Positions 24,913-37,224 of a stretch of DNA of 64,000 bases are shown one piece after another (positions within the stretch are counted from its first letter, which is position 1; each line of letters begins with the position of its first letter). Below the pieces are notes generated by a model. It did not search any database and had not been told where the DNA came from. It worked only from the letters and a program-made list of their open reading frames with translations. Source of the stretch: Cycas panzhihuaensis (lineage: Eukaryota > Plantae > Cycadophyta); NCBI GenBank assembly GCA_023213395.1, contig CM041465.1, forward strand, positions 73,601,741 through 73,665,740, written 5' to 3'. The position numbers were made by a program, and so were the translations under genes.

Positions 24913-27900
24913 TATTAAGATATAATGTTTTATCTAGGTATGAAAGGGGGTCATGTTAAGACCACCCTCAATATAGTCATAGTGTAAGATGATGCCACTT
25001 GGCAGTATCAGAGTGATTGGTTACATTAGAGATTGTAACCATCACATTGTTGATGTATACTTAAGAAGGTTGAATCTCAATGTAAAATACACTTCTTCTC
25101 TATTTAATTCAGACCAGTCTTTGCTCTGTTTTTTCATCATGGTATCAGAGCAGGTCAGCCCAAACTGATCTTTTTTGAAAACTTTCTCCTGTCTAGAAGT
25201 TCCATCAAGGATAGAAGAAGCAGACAAGGCAGTTAGGATATCTGCTTCATCATTGCTCTAACGTCCGGAATCGTACGGACCTGTACGGATGAGTTTTTTT
25301 CAAAAGTTTCAGATCGCAACGAAATTTGGTGGGGAGGTAGATCGAAGCACGCTGAGTACATTTCTCTTCTGGAGTCGAGTCATCTAAGGTCATTTTCAAG
25401 GCCAAATTGAGCCCAAACTAGTCCGCGCGTTTTTGGAGGATTCATCTCAAAAATCTTCACGATTTTCTCAGAATATCCGGTATTTCCAGTCAAAAACCCT
25501 TCTTAGTATCAATACATTGAATTTGCATCCATATTCGAAGATTTATTTCGAGTTTTTCCCAGTGATTTTTCAAAAAATCGATTTTCTGCCCTACCCGCCG
25601 TTTTTCCTTCCAGAGCAGTTTTCTCTCTTTTGAGAAACGTTTTTTGAAAAACCGACTTCAGATCCACATAGGCGACTGAAAAACCTCGATTTTGAGGTAT
25701 TTTCTTGTTTAGGCCGTACACCTAGGGTTCCAGACGGAAACTGCAGACAAATTGCATTTTGTGCTCTAAACTCTGTCTTTTGACTTGAAGAAAATGTCTT
25801 CATCCCTCATTTCTCTGCCTGATCCAGAAAAATTAACTGGTTCCAACTATCATGTGTGGAAAATCAAGTTAGACACCATTTTGAGGGTGAAAAATGCCCG
25901 AAATTCTCAAGGGATGTAAAAACATCCTCCAGTTGGTGATGACAAGCTAGGAAGTTGGATTGAAAGAAATAATATGGCCAGTCTCACATTGAAAATGTCA
26001 ATTTCAGATTTAGTTTTAGTCTATGTGGAAAAATTGAATCTGGCATCTGAAATATGGAAATGCTTGGAAAACTTATATGGACAAAAGAATAAGGTAAGGA
26101 TAATTGCACTCAAAGAAGAACTGTACAAGCTTCACATGAAAGAAAATGAAGAGGTAGAGGATTTTATGCATAAAATTATTATTGTCAGAAATAATCTCTT
26201 AAGTGCTGGAGGTTTAATTTCTGAACAAGACCTGGTAGAAATTGTAACTGCAAGGTTACCAAAGTCATTTGACACAATTGTCAATACTATCACGCATGTG
26301 ATAGGTTAGACAAGTTAACTCTTGATGAATTGATAGGATTGTTGCTTAGACAAGAACAGAGAAACAAAAGGTATGAAAATACGACAGAATTGGAGGATGC
26401 ATTTGCGTCCAGACTGAATCTCGGGCCAAGAGGGAGACAACAATTTCGAGGACAAAGCAGAACAGTAGACTTCCGGGGACGAGGACGCTGGCAAAGTTCC
26501 AGAGGGCGAGGACGGAGCAGAGAAAATAGGGTCTGTTACAACTGTGGAAGAACCGGACACTTCGCCAGCAGTTGCAGAATCTTTGATATTTGCTACTATT
26601 GCGGACAAAGTGGACACTATCCATATCAATGTCCACAAAGACGAAGTGAAATTCAGAAAGGAAAGCGACCCATTGGAGGCTACAGCAAAGAGAAGGACGA
26701 AGAGGAGGAGGAAGAAGAGACAGCTTTCATCACAGCATTAGTTATCGGTATGAAAGACAAAGACATATGGTACATAGACTCAGGAGCTTCCAAACATATG
26801 ACAAGTCGGGAAGAATGGTTTGAAACCATGAAACCCTATAGTATGGACAAATCAGTAGAACTGGGCGACAAGTATTCCCTTAATATAAAAGGGATTGGAA
26901 CTATCTCAGTAAATCTGGATGGGAATCAAAAACGAATTGGAAATGTTCTATTTGTACCAGATCTAAAAATGAATCTCCTCTCTGTTTCTCAATTAAGCAA
27001 AAAAGGGTTGAGAACCGTTTTCGATGAAGAAGGGAATTGTCATATTCTAGACATGAAGAGAGGTGGGAAAATTGTTGCAAAAGGAATCAGATGTAATGAT
27101 CTTTACAAACTCTTGTCAGATCCTGTACTTCCTTATCTGGAAGAAAAAGCTTGTACTGCTTCTAAATCTAATAATAAAGCTTGGCATTTGAGGTATAGGC
27201 ATCTCTCAATTGATACACTTAAACAAATGGAAAAATCAGGAATGGTTAATGGTCTACCTAATATTTCATTAGATAAATTTGTTTGTAAAGGTTGTCAACT
27301 CAGAAAACAGCATAGACTTCCTTTTAAAGAAAGCGTTTGGAGAGCTCTGCACAAATTTAGAATTGATACATACAGATATTTGTGGTCCAATTACACCTCT
27401 CACAATTAATGGATGCAGATATTTTTTAACTTTCATTGATGATTTCACTCGGAAAGTATGGGTATATTTTCTGCATAATAAATCAGAAGTTTTTGAAACA
27501 TTTAAAGAATTCAAAGCGGAAGCAGAGCTAGAATCAGGAATGAAAATCAAATGCATCAGATCAGATGGAGGAGGGGAATATATATCAAAGGAGTTTTTAA
27601 ATTACTGCAATGATCGAGGGATTCGTAGACAGATTACAACTCCTTATACCCCTCAGTCAAATGTAGTGGCCGAAAGAAAGAATAGAACTCTGATGGAAAT
27701 GGCTCGAAACATGATGTATGGACCCAAAATATCAAAAACATATTGAGCAGAAGCAGTCAGTACAACATGCTACCTGATAAACAGAAGTCCAACAAAAGTA
27801 TTAAAGGATATCACTCCAGAAGAAGCTTGGACAGGATAAAAACCTGATGTAAGTCTTCTCAAAATTTTTGGCAGCCAAGCATTTGTACATATTCCTGATA

Positions 27901-30125
27901 AAAGAAGGTTCAAATTGGATGCAAAAAGCATAGAATGCATTTTAATAGGCTACAGTAAAAATTCAAAGGCCTACAAATGCATAGATCCAAAAACTAATAA
28001 AATTTATGTAAGTAGAGATGTTGTTTTTAACGAAGAAAATTCTGTTGAATCCTCACAAATTAGAATAATAGAAGATGAGAAGGAAAATGAATAGGAAGCT
28101 GTCAGACACGAAGGGATGCAAGAAGATGAGCAAGAAAATAAGTCAGAAATTACCTCAGAAAATCAAGAAGCTGAAGAAAGAAGTGATTCGAAAATCACTT
28201 TAGAAGAAGGACAAGCAGATCCATCATCAACCAATTAAGTACCAGAAGACGTGATCGAGAAAGAAGACCCACGAAAACAGAAAAAGCTACCAAAATGGTA
28301 CATTAAAACAGTTGAAGAAGGAAGTGTAATAGAACAGAAAACACGGGGACAAAGGTCAAGAGCCCTTCTAAGCAAAGTCGAACCACAGAACTTTCAAGAA
28401 GCAAAAGATCATCAAGAATGGAAAGCAGCAATGGACAATGAAATGAACTCAATCAAGAAGAATCAAACGTGGGAGTTAGTAGAACTACCTGCCAATAAAT
28501 CCAATCAGAACCGCAAATGGGTTTACAAAACAAAAAGGGGAATGGATGACAAAATAGAAAAATACAAGGCAAGGTTAGTTGCAAAAGGGTACACTCAAAT
28601 AGCAAGAGTAGATTTTGATGAGACTTTCTCTCCAGTAGCAAAAATGAATACAATAAGAACAGTAATTGCCTTGGCTGTAGCACAAGACTAGAAAATCTCA
28701 CAGCTAGATGTAAAAAGCGCCTTCTTGAACGGTGAGCTGGAAGAAGTAGTCTATATGCAACAACCAGAAGGATCTCACGAGCAGGTGAGAATCTGGTTTG
28801 CAAGTTAAAAAAGGCTCTGTATGGTCTAAAACAAGCTCCACGCGCCTGGTATGCCAAATTAGATCATTTTCTTGAAGAAAATAAGTTTGCTCGGTGCAAC
28901 TCCGACTCCAGTCTCTACATAAGAAAAACAAACAAGAAGATAACAATAATTGTTGTCTATGTAGATGATATGCTCCTCACTAGAGATGATGAAGAAGGAA
29001 TTAAGTGGATCAAAAGTCAACTGCAGCAAATATTTGAAATGACAGACTTGGGGATTCTAAATTACTACTTGGGACTGGAGGTAGGTCAGCATCAAAACTA
29101 CATAACCTTGTCCCAAAGTAACTACATCAAAAGTCTGCTTGTTCGATTTCAAATGGAGAATTGCAATCCATGCACAACACCCATGAAAACAAACTGTGAC
29201 TTAACAGCAGATAGTATAGAAAAGGATGTAGATGTCACACTGTACAGACAAATGATTGGAAGTCCAATTTATTTAACAACCACCAGGCCCGACATATTCT
29301 ACTCAGTAGGACTAATATACATGCAAAATCCAAAGTTGAGACATTGGCAAGCTGCAAAAAGAGTCTTAAGGTACCTCAAAGGAACAACAGATTTCAAGTT
29401 AGTATACTTGAAAGGGTATCCAAATGAAATATCCGGCATCATGACTGATCAAGGTGTGACAAAGAATAAAGGAAATCCACTAGTGGATATTGTTTCTTCT
29501 TAGGAGCCTCAGTAATCTCATGGTGTAGTAAGAAATGCACTACGAGCTCTCTCTCTCTGAGCGGAATACAAAGCAGCTACGTTAGCAACCTGTGAAGTTG
29601 TATGGTTAAGGCAACTTCTGTTCGACTTGGATCAATAGCAAAAAGGAGCAACCTCCTTGAAATGTGACAATCAAAGTGCCATCAAGCTGACCAAAAATCC
29701 AGTTCTACATGTAAGGACAAAGCACATTGAAGTTCATCATCATTTCATAAGAGAAAAAGTACGTAATAAAGAGAGACTTGGAATATTGCCCCTCAGCGGA
29801 ACAAGTTGCAGATCGTCTGACAAAACCTCTTGGAAGAGAAAGACTCAAATATTTAAGAGACAAAATTAGATTATTAGAGATAAAACATTAAGAGGGGGTG
29901 TTAAGATATAATGTTTTATCTAGGTATGAAAGGGGGTCATGTTAAGACCACCCTCAATATAGTCATAGTGTAAGATGATGCCACTTGGCAGTATCAGATT
30001 GATTGGTTACATTAAAGGTTGTAACCATCACATTGTTGATGTATACTTAAGAAGGTTGAATCTCAATGTAAAATACACTTCTTCTCTGTTTAATTCAGAC
30101 CAGTCTTTGCTCTGTTTTTTCATCA
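24913..30125 (+). mobile_element. Element D: full-length decayed Ty1/copia, 227-bp LTRs (24913-25139, 29899-30125), TSD TACAC; inserted in the leader of C
   Basis: LTRs differ at ~5 positions. PBS TGGTATCAGAGC at 25140-25151, PPT AAGAGGGGG at 29890-29898. TSD at 24908-24912 and 30126-30130. Confidence 0.98.
25794..29880 (+). pseudogene. gag-pol: Copia gag-pol of D
   Basis: CYNCGRTGHFASSC and CYYCGQSGHYPYQC knuckles, WYIDSGASKHM protease, HTDICGP integrase, YKARLVAKGY and [15 protein letters not shown] RNase H. Confidence 0.97.
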
Positions 30126-33100
30126 TACACAAATGACAAAGCTTTGTCTGAGACTTGTGCTTGATGAATATCTTGATTCTCTTCAACTGGCTTGACCCCA
30201 TGCTTCTCTTGGTTTCTAGAAACCTAATTCTTTCACAGGCAGGGGGACTCAACAGCCTGCTCTGATACCATGTCAAAAGAATTCTTTCCAATGATTTATT
30301 GATCATTTGCAAGTCTATAAATACAATTCAAAGTGTACGGGATAAATGGCAACCGCTTAATGAGATTGTGCCACTTGTCACTCTGAAGGTAAAAGGGGGC
30401 AATGATTCATGACCCTTACAAGGTACCTTAGATATCCTAGATAAAACATTACCCTAGACAAAGCATCACCTTTTACATGCCACTCTCGATGTTTGGTCCG
30501 TGAGGCACCAAAAATTAGTGCATCAAAAATGTTGTTGCTCTTCTTCTTGTTGACCCCAATTGCAAGTTCCCTTCTATTCTTGGTCTACGCCTTCGTCCTT
30601 ACTAGTCTCATCCTTTCTCCCTTTTATTTCTGTGTTCTTTCTTTCACACTACATCCTACTTAGGAACCTGCTCAGATACCATGTTAAAACATGGGTATCA
30701 AATCTTTCGTATTAATTATCATTGAAAGGAGACAAGTGCATATTTATACTTAGATCTACCTCTAACTCCTCCAACCAAAATTGACATCCATAATTTTCTT
30801 AGTGATTGCTAGACTCAACTCTCACACAAAATTAAGTGTGGGAATGCCCTAATTAAACCCAAAGTAGGTGCCTTTTCATCCAAAAGACACTACTTTATAG
30901 TGGGACTTTTGACCTTATAATAATCACATGATTAATCCATACAAAATCAACTACTAGTGATGTTTCATATCTCAGCATATTCATATGAATTTAGTGACTC
31001 AAGTCCATTGTAGTTGTGTCGAATTTCCCTGTGGTGTTCCATAATTGTTGAAGTCATTCCATTATGGTGTTCCATCCATGCATGATGGTCCTAACCTATA
31101 AGAACCATCCCATTCTTCCATATTGTTCTCTACTAATTGTCAGAGTTGTTCCAATTGGTAACATCATTTTGCATGTCATTTCTTGATTGTTGCTACCATT
31201 CCCATTGTGTATGACATTCCCTACTACCATTCCCCACTATTAGATCCATTTCTAGTACTAAATTGTGTGGTTTCTCCATTGTTCATGGCTTCTAAGTGTC
31301 ATCTTGGTTGTATACATAAACAAATGGCCAATATTATTTCAATCTTATAACTTACATCTATTGCTTCATGGATGTCCCTATATGTACAATTTTAGAAATT
31401 TTATATTTGACCTAAATTTTGGAAAATATAATTCATTGCTTAGTACTGAAAGAATCTCTCATTATGTACCCTTGTTTTTCCAAACTTGTTAACATGTTCA
31501 TTGTAGCCTATCACTAAGTATTCATCATTCATATCCTTTTACCCTTTAAGCATTATATCTTAACAACTTATGACAATATATTCAACATTCATACATTCCT
31601 ACTCTTAAATAGTAAATCTTTGACACCATAAGAAATAAATAGCAACTTTGGTTTCCATTTTTTCTAGACCAAGATTATTACAAAAAATCCATATAGGAAG
31701 GAATAAGCAAACACATGATTTAATTGATAGGGAGCATGCACCACAAGATATAAGATTAAGATATGGCACTTACAAGTGAAACCTCAGTGCCTTTATGTAA
31801 CATCTTTTCTTCATTGAAACAACGTGTAAAGTCACGTAACTGCAACATAAACATTTTCAAATTAGTCCTCTCAATTATTACATTGAATAGAACAACCTTT
31901 GCAACAACAATATGGACTCGATATTGATAGGAGAATGCAAGTGCAACATTTCATGAGTATAAATTACTTTTATAAGTGCATTTGTGAGTCTTTTGTAATA
32001 ATTCTTACAGCATCTTTGCCTGGACCACTCTTTAGCCCGCCTTGAGCCTTACGGACACGCGGCAACAATGATCGATCAAAGCCCTACTTTCAAAACACTA
32101 GTCAATTAAAAAAGAAATGATATATATTTAATACAATGATAAGAATGAAAGGGCTTAGTTAAGCATTCCAAGAGTCACTTTTTGTTCAAATAATCCATTG
32201 AAATTAATTCCATACTACTTCAAATAATGAGGGTAATTTACACACAGAGTGAATATCTCATTACAACAATCCAATGAATCAAAAACAAGCCCAAACAACT
32301 TACAAATTGAAAGGGGGCTATAGGAGGAAAATAGATGGATATCATTGTAGACTCAAGAAGAGCCCTTGCAATATGCTCTTTTCTCACTAGTTTAAGGAAA
32401 AGGGAGCAATTAACAAACTTTAGTCAAATCCAAAGAGGAAAACATCAATAATAGTAATAATCTAAAAATAATAAAAATGAGTTTCATTATATGCAGATAT
32501 TATGGCATGGAAAGCAAGAATAGTTGAGACAACCCACAAGAATGGTCTCAGTGTAGACAAGAATGGCCATAGAATGACCAAGACAACATAGAGGAATGAC
32601 CTCAACATAGATAAAACAACCATGGATTAGCCTACATAGGAACTATTGAGTAGACCAGACCAACCCATAGTGGAATAGCCTACATAGGAATAACACACAC
32701 AAAGAGAAGAACGATTGAAGATGAAGGGATCAAATAGGCATCATACACTCCAGTATGACTAACAAACAATGAGTACATTGATTGTAAGCATGGCTAACTA
32801 CATTAAAATGTATGACTAATGATTGGTCATGAAGAGTCAAATGTGAATGGTGTTGGCCGTTGTGTAAAACCAAATTTTTAATACATTAAATATGGCATTA
32901 TCGCATCAAGTTTGATGTGAGAGCCAAGTAACCTGAAATAGTTATAGCATAATTAAAGTATAATATTCTAGGCAAAATCTAATGAAACAATGAGTTATGC
33001 GGAATATGTGACTATGAACAGGCGATTATATGAATGTTTATTATACTTGAAAGCATGCTAGAAAAGGGCTTACATAAAGAAATGGTCATTGTCACACCTC

Positions 33101-33894
33101 TCTAATCCACTTAAGGAGCATCTAGAATAAGAAGACTTGACGCTACCACATGACTAACAAAGAACATATAGCTTGGGGAAGCGAAAGTACCATTTATCAA
33201 TCAACATTGGTTCCATTGTTAAAAATAACCTAAATCTATTGCCACGTCAAAGAATCATGTATGCTCTGGTTATTGTAGACCCTCTATCTAAACCTAGGGT
33301 AGCCAAGGGAGCCTATAATGCCACCTAAGAAGCTTCTAAACAAAGAGAAGAAGGAATCCAATTGGAAGCATGTACTATAATGAGCAAAGAAGTAAGATGG
33401 GCATCGTAAACAAAAAGTGATACTTAAAATAGATGATGTCCATAATTTGTCTGTTAGATCATCCTCCTAGCTACCTTAGGTATGGTGGCTTTGATGAAAA
33501 ACATCCAATCGGCCAAGAAAGGGTGAGGTTTTCTTTATGATCAGTTGTTGATTGTGCCTTGTCCTTTCAAGCATACCTACAAGATTTGACATTATTGCTA
33601 AGTAGTGGGGGATTTGTTTCCTATAAGGGGAGACTTATGGTCACCCCAAGTGGCATATTGATAAGTAAGAAAATTACTCATCCATGTATCAAAACATTGT
33701 GTAGTATATTCTATAACATATTGTACTTTTATGCAGAGTGCACTCAGGTTTAGTTAGGTTTAGCCAAGAATCAGTTAGTTGAATTTATTAAAATAACTAG
33801 GCTAGTTAGTTGGTTAGAAAGTTTTAGGTCGTTTAGTGGCTACTGTGTGACAATTTTTACAAGGAAAAATCAAGTATAGGAGTGCATTAATAGC

Positions 33895-34170
33895 TACAAT
33901 CAGCAATGAGATTGCAATCAAAAGATGCAATCACAACCAACATTGCAATCAAAAGGTGCAATCACAAACGAGATTGCAATTAGAAGGTGCAATTGTGGTC
34001 GGGATTGCAATCAATAAGTGCACTCTAGAACTGGATTGCAATCTGGAAGTGCAATCACAGACGTGATTGCAATCAATAGGCATAATCGCGGACCAAATTG
34101 CAATAAAAAAATGCAATCCACACAAAAATTATACTATCGAATTACAATCAATTAATGGATTGTAATCAGA
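33895..34170. repeat. ~31-bp minisatellite (~7-8 copies) built on the palindrome GATTGCAATC
   Basis: Units such as GATTGCAATCAAAAGRTGCAATCACAACCRA from ~33910, decaying to the right. Confidence 0.85.
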
Positions 34171-36556
34171 ATCATGATTAATAGAAGATTATGGCTAAAT
34201 TGATGTACTAATTAGTTAGTTGCAGATTTTTGCAATTTCATGTCCACTACTTCTCTTATTCAATTCGAATTTGAATTGATTTATGTTCTTCTTCTTCAAC
34301 TAACATCTCTATGCTTGGAATTCCAATTGATTTGTCTCTTTCAATTAAGCAACTCTTCGACATTTGTCTCTAGATTGTCTAAACCCAAGCTTTGATCTTT
34401 GCCTTTTAACACTACTAAGGGTGTCTTTGGAGTTCGCCTTCGACCCCAGTAATCAGTGGGTGGTGTCTTATGTCAAGCTTGCATCTAACATCTAAATCCC
34501 TGCTATGTCCATTTACGTTTTGACTTTGTGTCAGGCATTTGATCTCAACCTCCTACTATTTTATATCAACAAGCTCACAGTGTATGGCGTATAGTACCAA
34601 GAAAGGCATCCAAGAAGTACTAGAGAAAATATTATGTTACTTAGAGCCAAATGCATTGTTGAGGTAATTCATAGTGAGAGACCATCAAAGGCACTTTTGT
34701 CTGCTACAACATCTCCTTTTTAAACTTTGGTAGCAATGCACATTACATTACATTATCATGGAGACTATCCTTATAATTTGTGCCAACAACTTAGCACAAA
34801 GATTCACGGAGAAGAAATTTCCTCAAAGATTGCTACCCACGAAGTACACACTTGAGCCTCAAGGTGAAAACAAACATTTTTCATGTCAACTATTGGCGCA
34901 CCTAAGCATGAACTTGAGCATGATTTAACAATTTTTATCCCTACAAACTCTAGCCATAGATTTGAAATTTTCCCACTATATTATTCATAGAACTATTTCT
35001 TCTGTGGCCTACACAGTTCATTGAACCCACAAAGATTTGAAACCCCAAAACCTACTACATGGTATTTTTGCATTGCGCCCTAGATATAAAATTCATTAAA
35101 TTTTCCCCACAAATATTATTATAATTTTTGTTCATGAATAATGAACGAATGCCCCACTAATATCATTGAATAAATCCACTACAAATGATCTCCAACACTT
35201 TGAACTTCTCCACAAAAAGCTCTTTCTTGGTTTTTGTTTTCGTTTTTGGTTTTTGTTGTTCACAATAGCATAAAATCCTACCTTCAATTCAAGTTGATTC
35301 TCGAACTTGAACTTGAGCTTGCACCTTCTCAAATATTAATAGAACTAATGATTTATTCATTAAATCATCTTGGCATACTTTCTAATTGTAATGTAAATGT
35401 GATTCACTTTAGTAACATAATGTTATAAAGTGCAAATGTACCTTAAGTTATAATTTGAGGTTGTGAATTCTAGTTGAGGGGCTAAAAGCCCACTTTCACC
35501 AATGTGAGCATAAGTGACACTTGGTCAACATGCAAATAGTCTCTCATGCATGTACACCACTTGTCCATGATGCATGACCATTGCACTTTCTATATATTGA
35601 GCACCTCTCTTGGCAATTGTACACACTGGATTATTGAGAGGCTTTATGCTATGTAAGCTTTGTTTATGCTAATGAAAGGTTGTTTTGGGGTTTGAACATA
35701 ATTTCTACCCTTCTAAGTTATCATGGTTTGATCATGCTAATGTGATTGTGGTTATCTATTTTTAATGATTTAAATCCTAGTAATGAAAATAGCTAATCTA
35801 TTGTCTCTCATTTGGCATCAGAACAGGTTGTTTTCTCACTATTTTTAGTGATTTTTCACTATTTTCTACTAACCCTCCTCATAAAACAATTGTTGGACTG
35901 TACAAGGCATCTACTAGTTGATCCTGCTCCAAATCTAGGGTCTTTCTGCACTGCAATCTCCATCCTATGTGTACGCCTATCACAACTACCATACTTTGGC
36001 CGTGCACCCAAAAAAACTCATTTTAGCTCATTTTCCCATCAAAATATTTCCAGATCAATTTTGTTAGTCTCTAAGCATCATCACAACCCTCTTTTACTAC
36101 TGTCTGCAGCTTCAATCGATCAAAACGTGTTAGTTTGAGTCGTACTTGCTTCACGTTAGCTGTGTGCCCTTTTTTTTCCCTTCCATTTGACCACCCTTTG
36201 CCTACAACTAACAAAACCCTGTGACATGATCACTTGAAATGATCTCCTTGTTGTGCTCTTCTTAGATCTAGGGTCAGATTTGCATTCCATTCTTCAACAA
36301 AGAGAAATTGTCTCTCAAAGGTCAAAAAAATTGCCTATGTTCAAACAAATGAATCAGATTTTTTAATTTTTTGATATTTCTATAGTTTTATAACTTTAGG
36401 TTATACACTTTGAAATATTCTTTTTTGAATATTCACTTTTTACTAAAGTTAAGTTATATTATCATTTTTAATCATTTTTTAACTCATTTTTAATACTTTT
36501 TCAATCTTTTTTTATTGTTTTTTTAAAAACCCTAGCTTTTTATTTTTGTCTTTTTA

Positions 36557-36560
<4 letters not shown>

Positions 36561-36596
<36 letters not shown>

Positions 36597-36600
36597 TTTT
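36561..36600. repeat. (AT)n microsatellite plus T run in the leader of H
   Basis: Seen directly. Confidence 0.9.
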
Positions 36601-37224
36601 CAAGCTAAAAAACCACAAAAAAATTCTTTTAAGTTATTTTTAAATTTATTTAATTTTTTTTTAAATAAATAAAAAAAGGAAAAATAATTAACAAAAAGAC
36701 ATTATTAACTTGAAATATTAAAAAAGATAACTCCCAAATTAATTTCGAGACCATTCGAATCCTGCAAGAGGAATGATTAAGACCCCTGAAATTAATCACT
36801 CCCGCACACATGACTTGTATGCACTTGGACAACCAAACTAGGGGACAACTCACTACCAGGTGTATTGAGTAATGAGTTGAGGTGTAAATCCTCAAACTTG
36901 GAGTTTGGAGACAGGCTAGACCCAGAGAGGATGAGCGCCTTGGCTGTTAAGTGTGCCCTTAGACGAGGACCTGATCATTAGGGTCGTAAATCCAATGCAG
37001 GTGGATCCATAGTGTCAATGGAGTGGTAGAGCTTTCTAGTTCTCATGTACCTTTGGGTATATAAAGCCCCTAAACTACCATCTGTGAGTAGGTACACCAT
37101 CAGACATGACTGTCTCAACTACCAGGGGCTATTAGGCAAGGAGACACTGAGACTTTTGATACTAGATTAGTAAACCTCTCTAGGTAGATAGGACATTACC
37201 GATACCTACACTCATTCAGTCATC

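Larger units (their letters stand above)
19994..30477 (-). mobile_element. Element C: full-length decayed Ty1/copia, 207-bp LTRs (19994-20200, 30271-30477), TSD TGCCA
   Basis: TG..CA LTRs with ~14 mismatches by eye. PBS at 30259-30270, PPT at 20201-20213. TSD at 19989-19993 and 30478-30482. Confidence 0.97.
16115..30786 (-). mobile_element. Element A: pol-less copia-derived LTR element (3' LTR 16115-16423; 5' LTR 30682-30786, truncated); hosts C and D
   Basis: Matching LTR starts TGTTAAAACATGGGTATCAAATC. PBS GCTCAGATACCA at 30670-30681. PPT CCCCCCCTTAATG at 16424-16436. Confidence 0.9.

Noticed and set aside
25140-25151. tRNA-Met gene fragments (TGGTATCAGAGC and variants)
   Set aside because: These are primer-binding sites adjacent to LTRs, not tRNA genes.
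33698-34411. Solo LTR around the minisatellite
   Set aside because: LTR-like composition, but no matching TSD or termini could be fixed.
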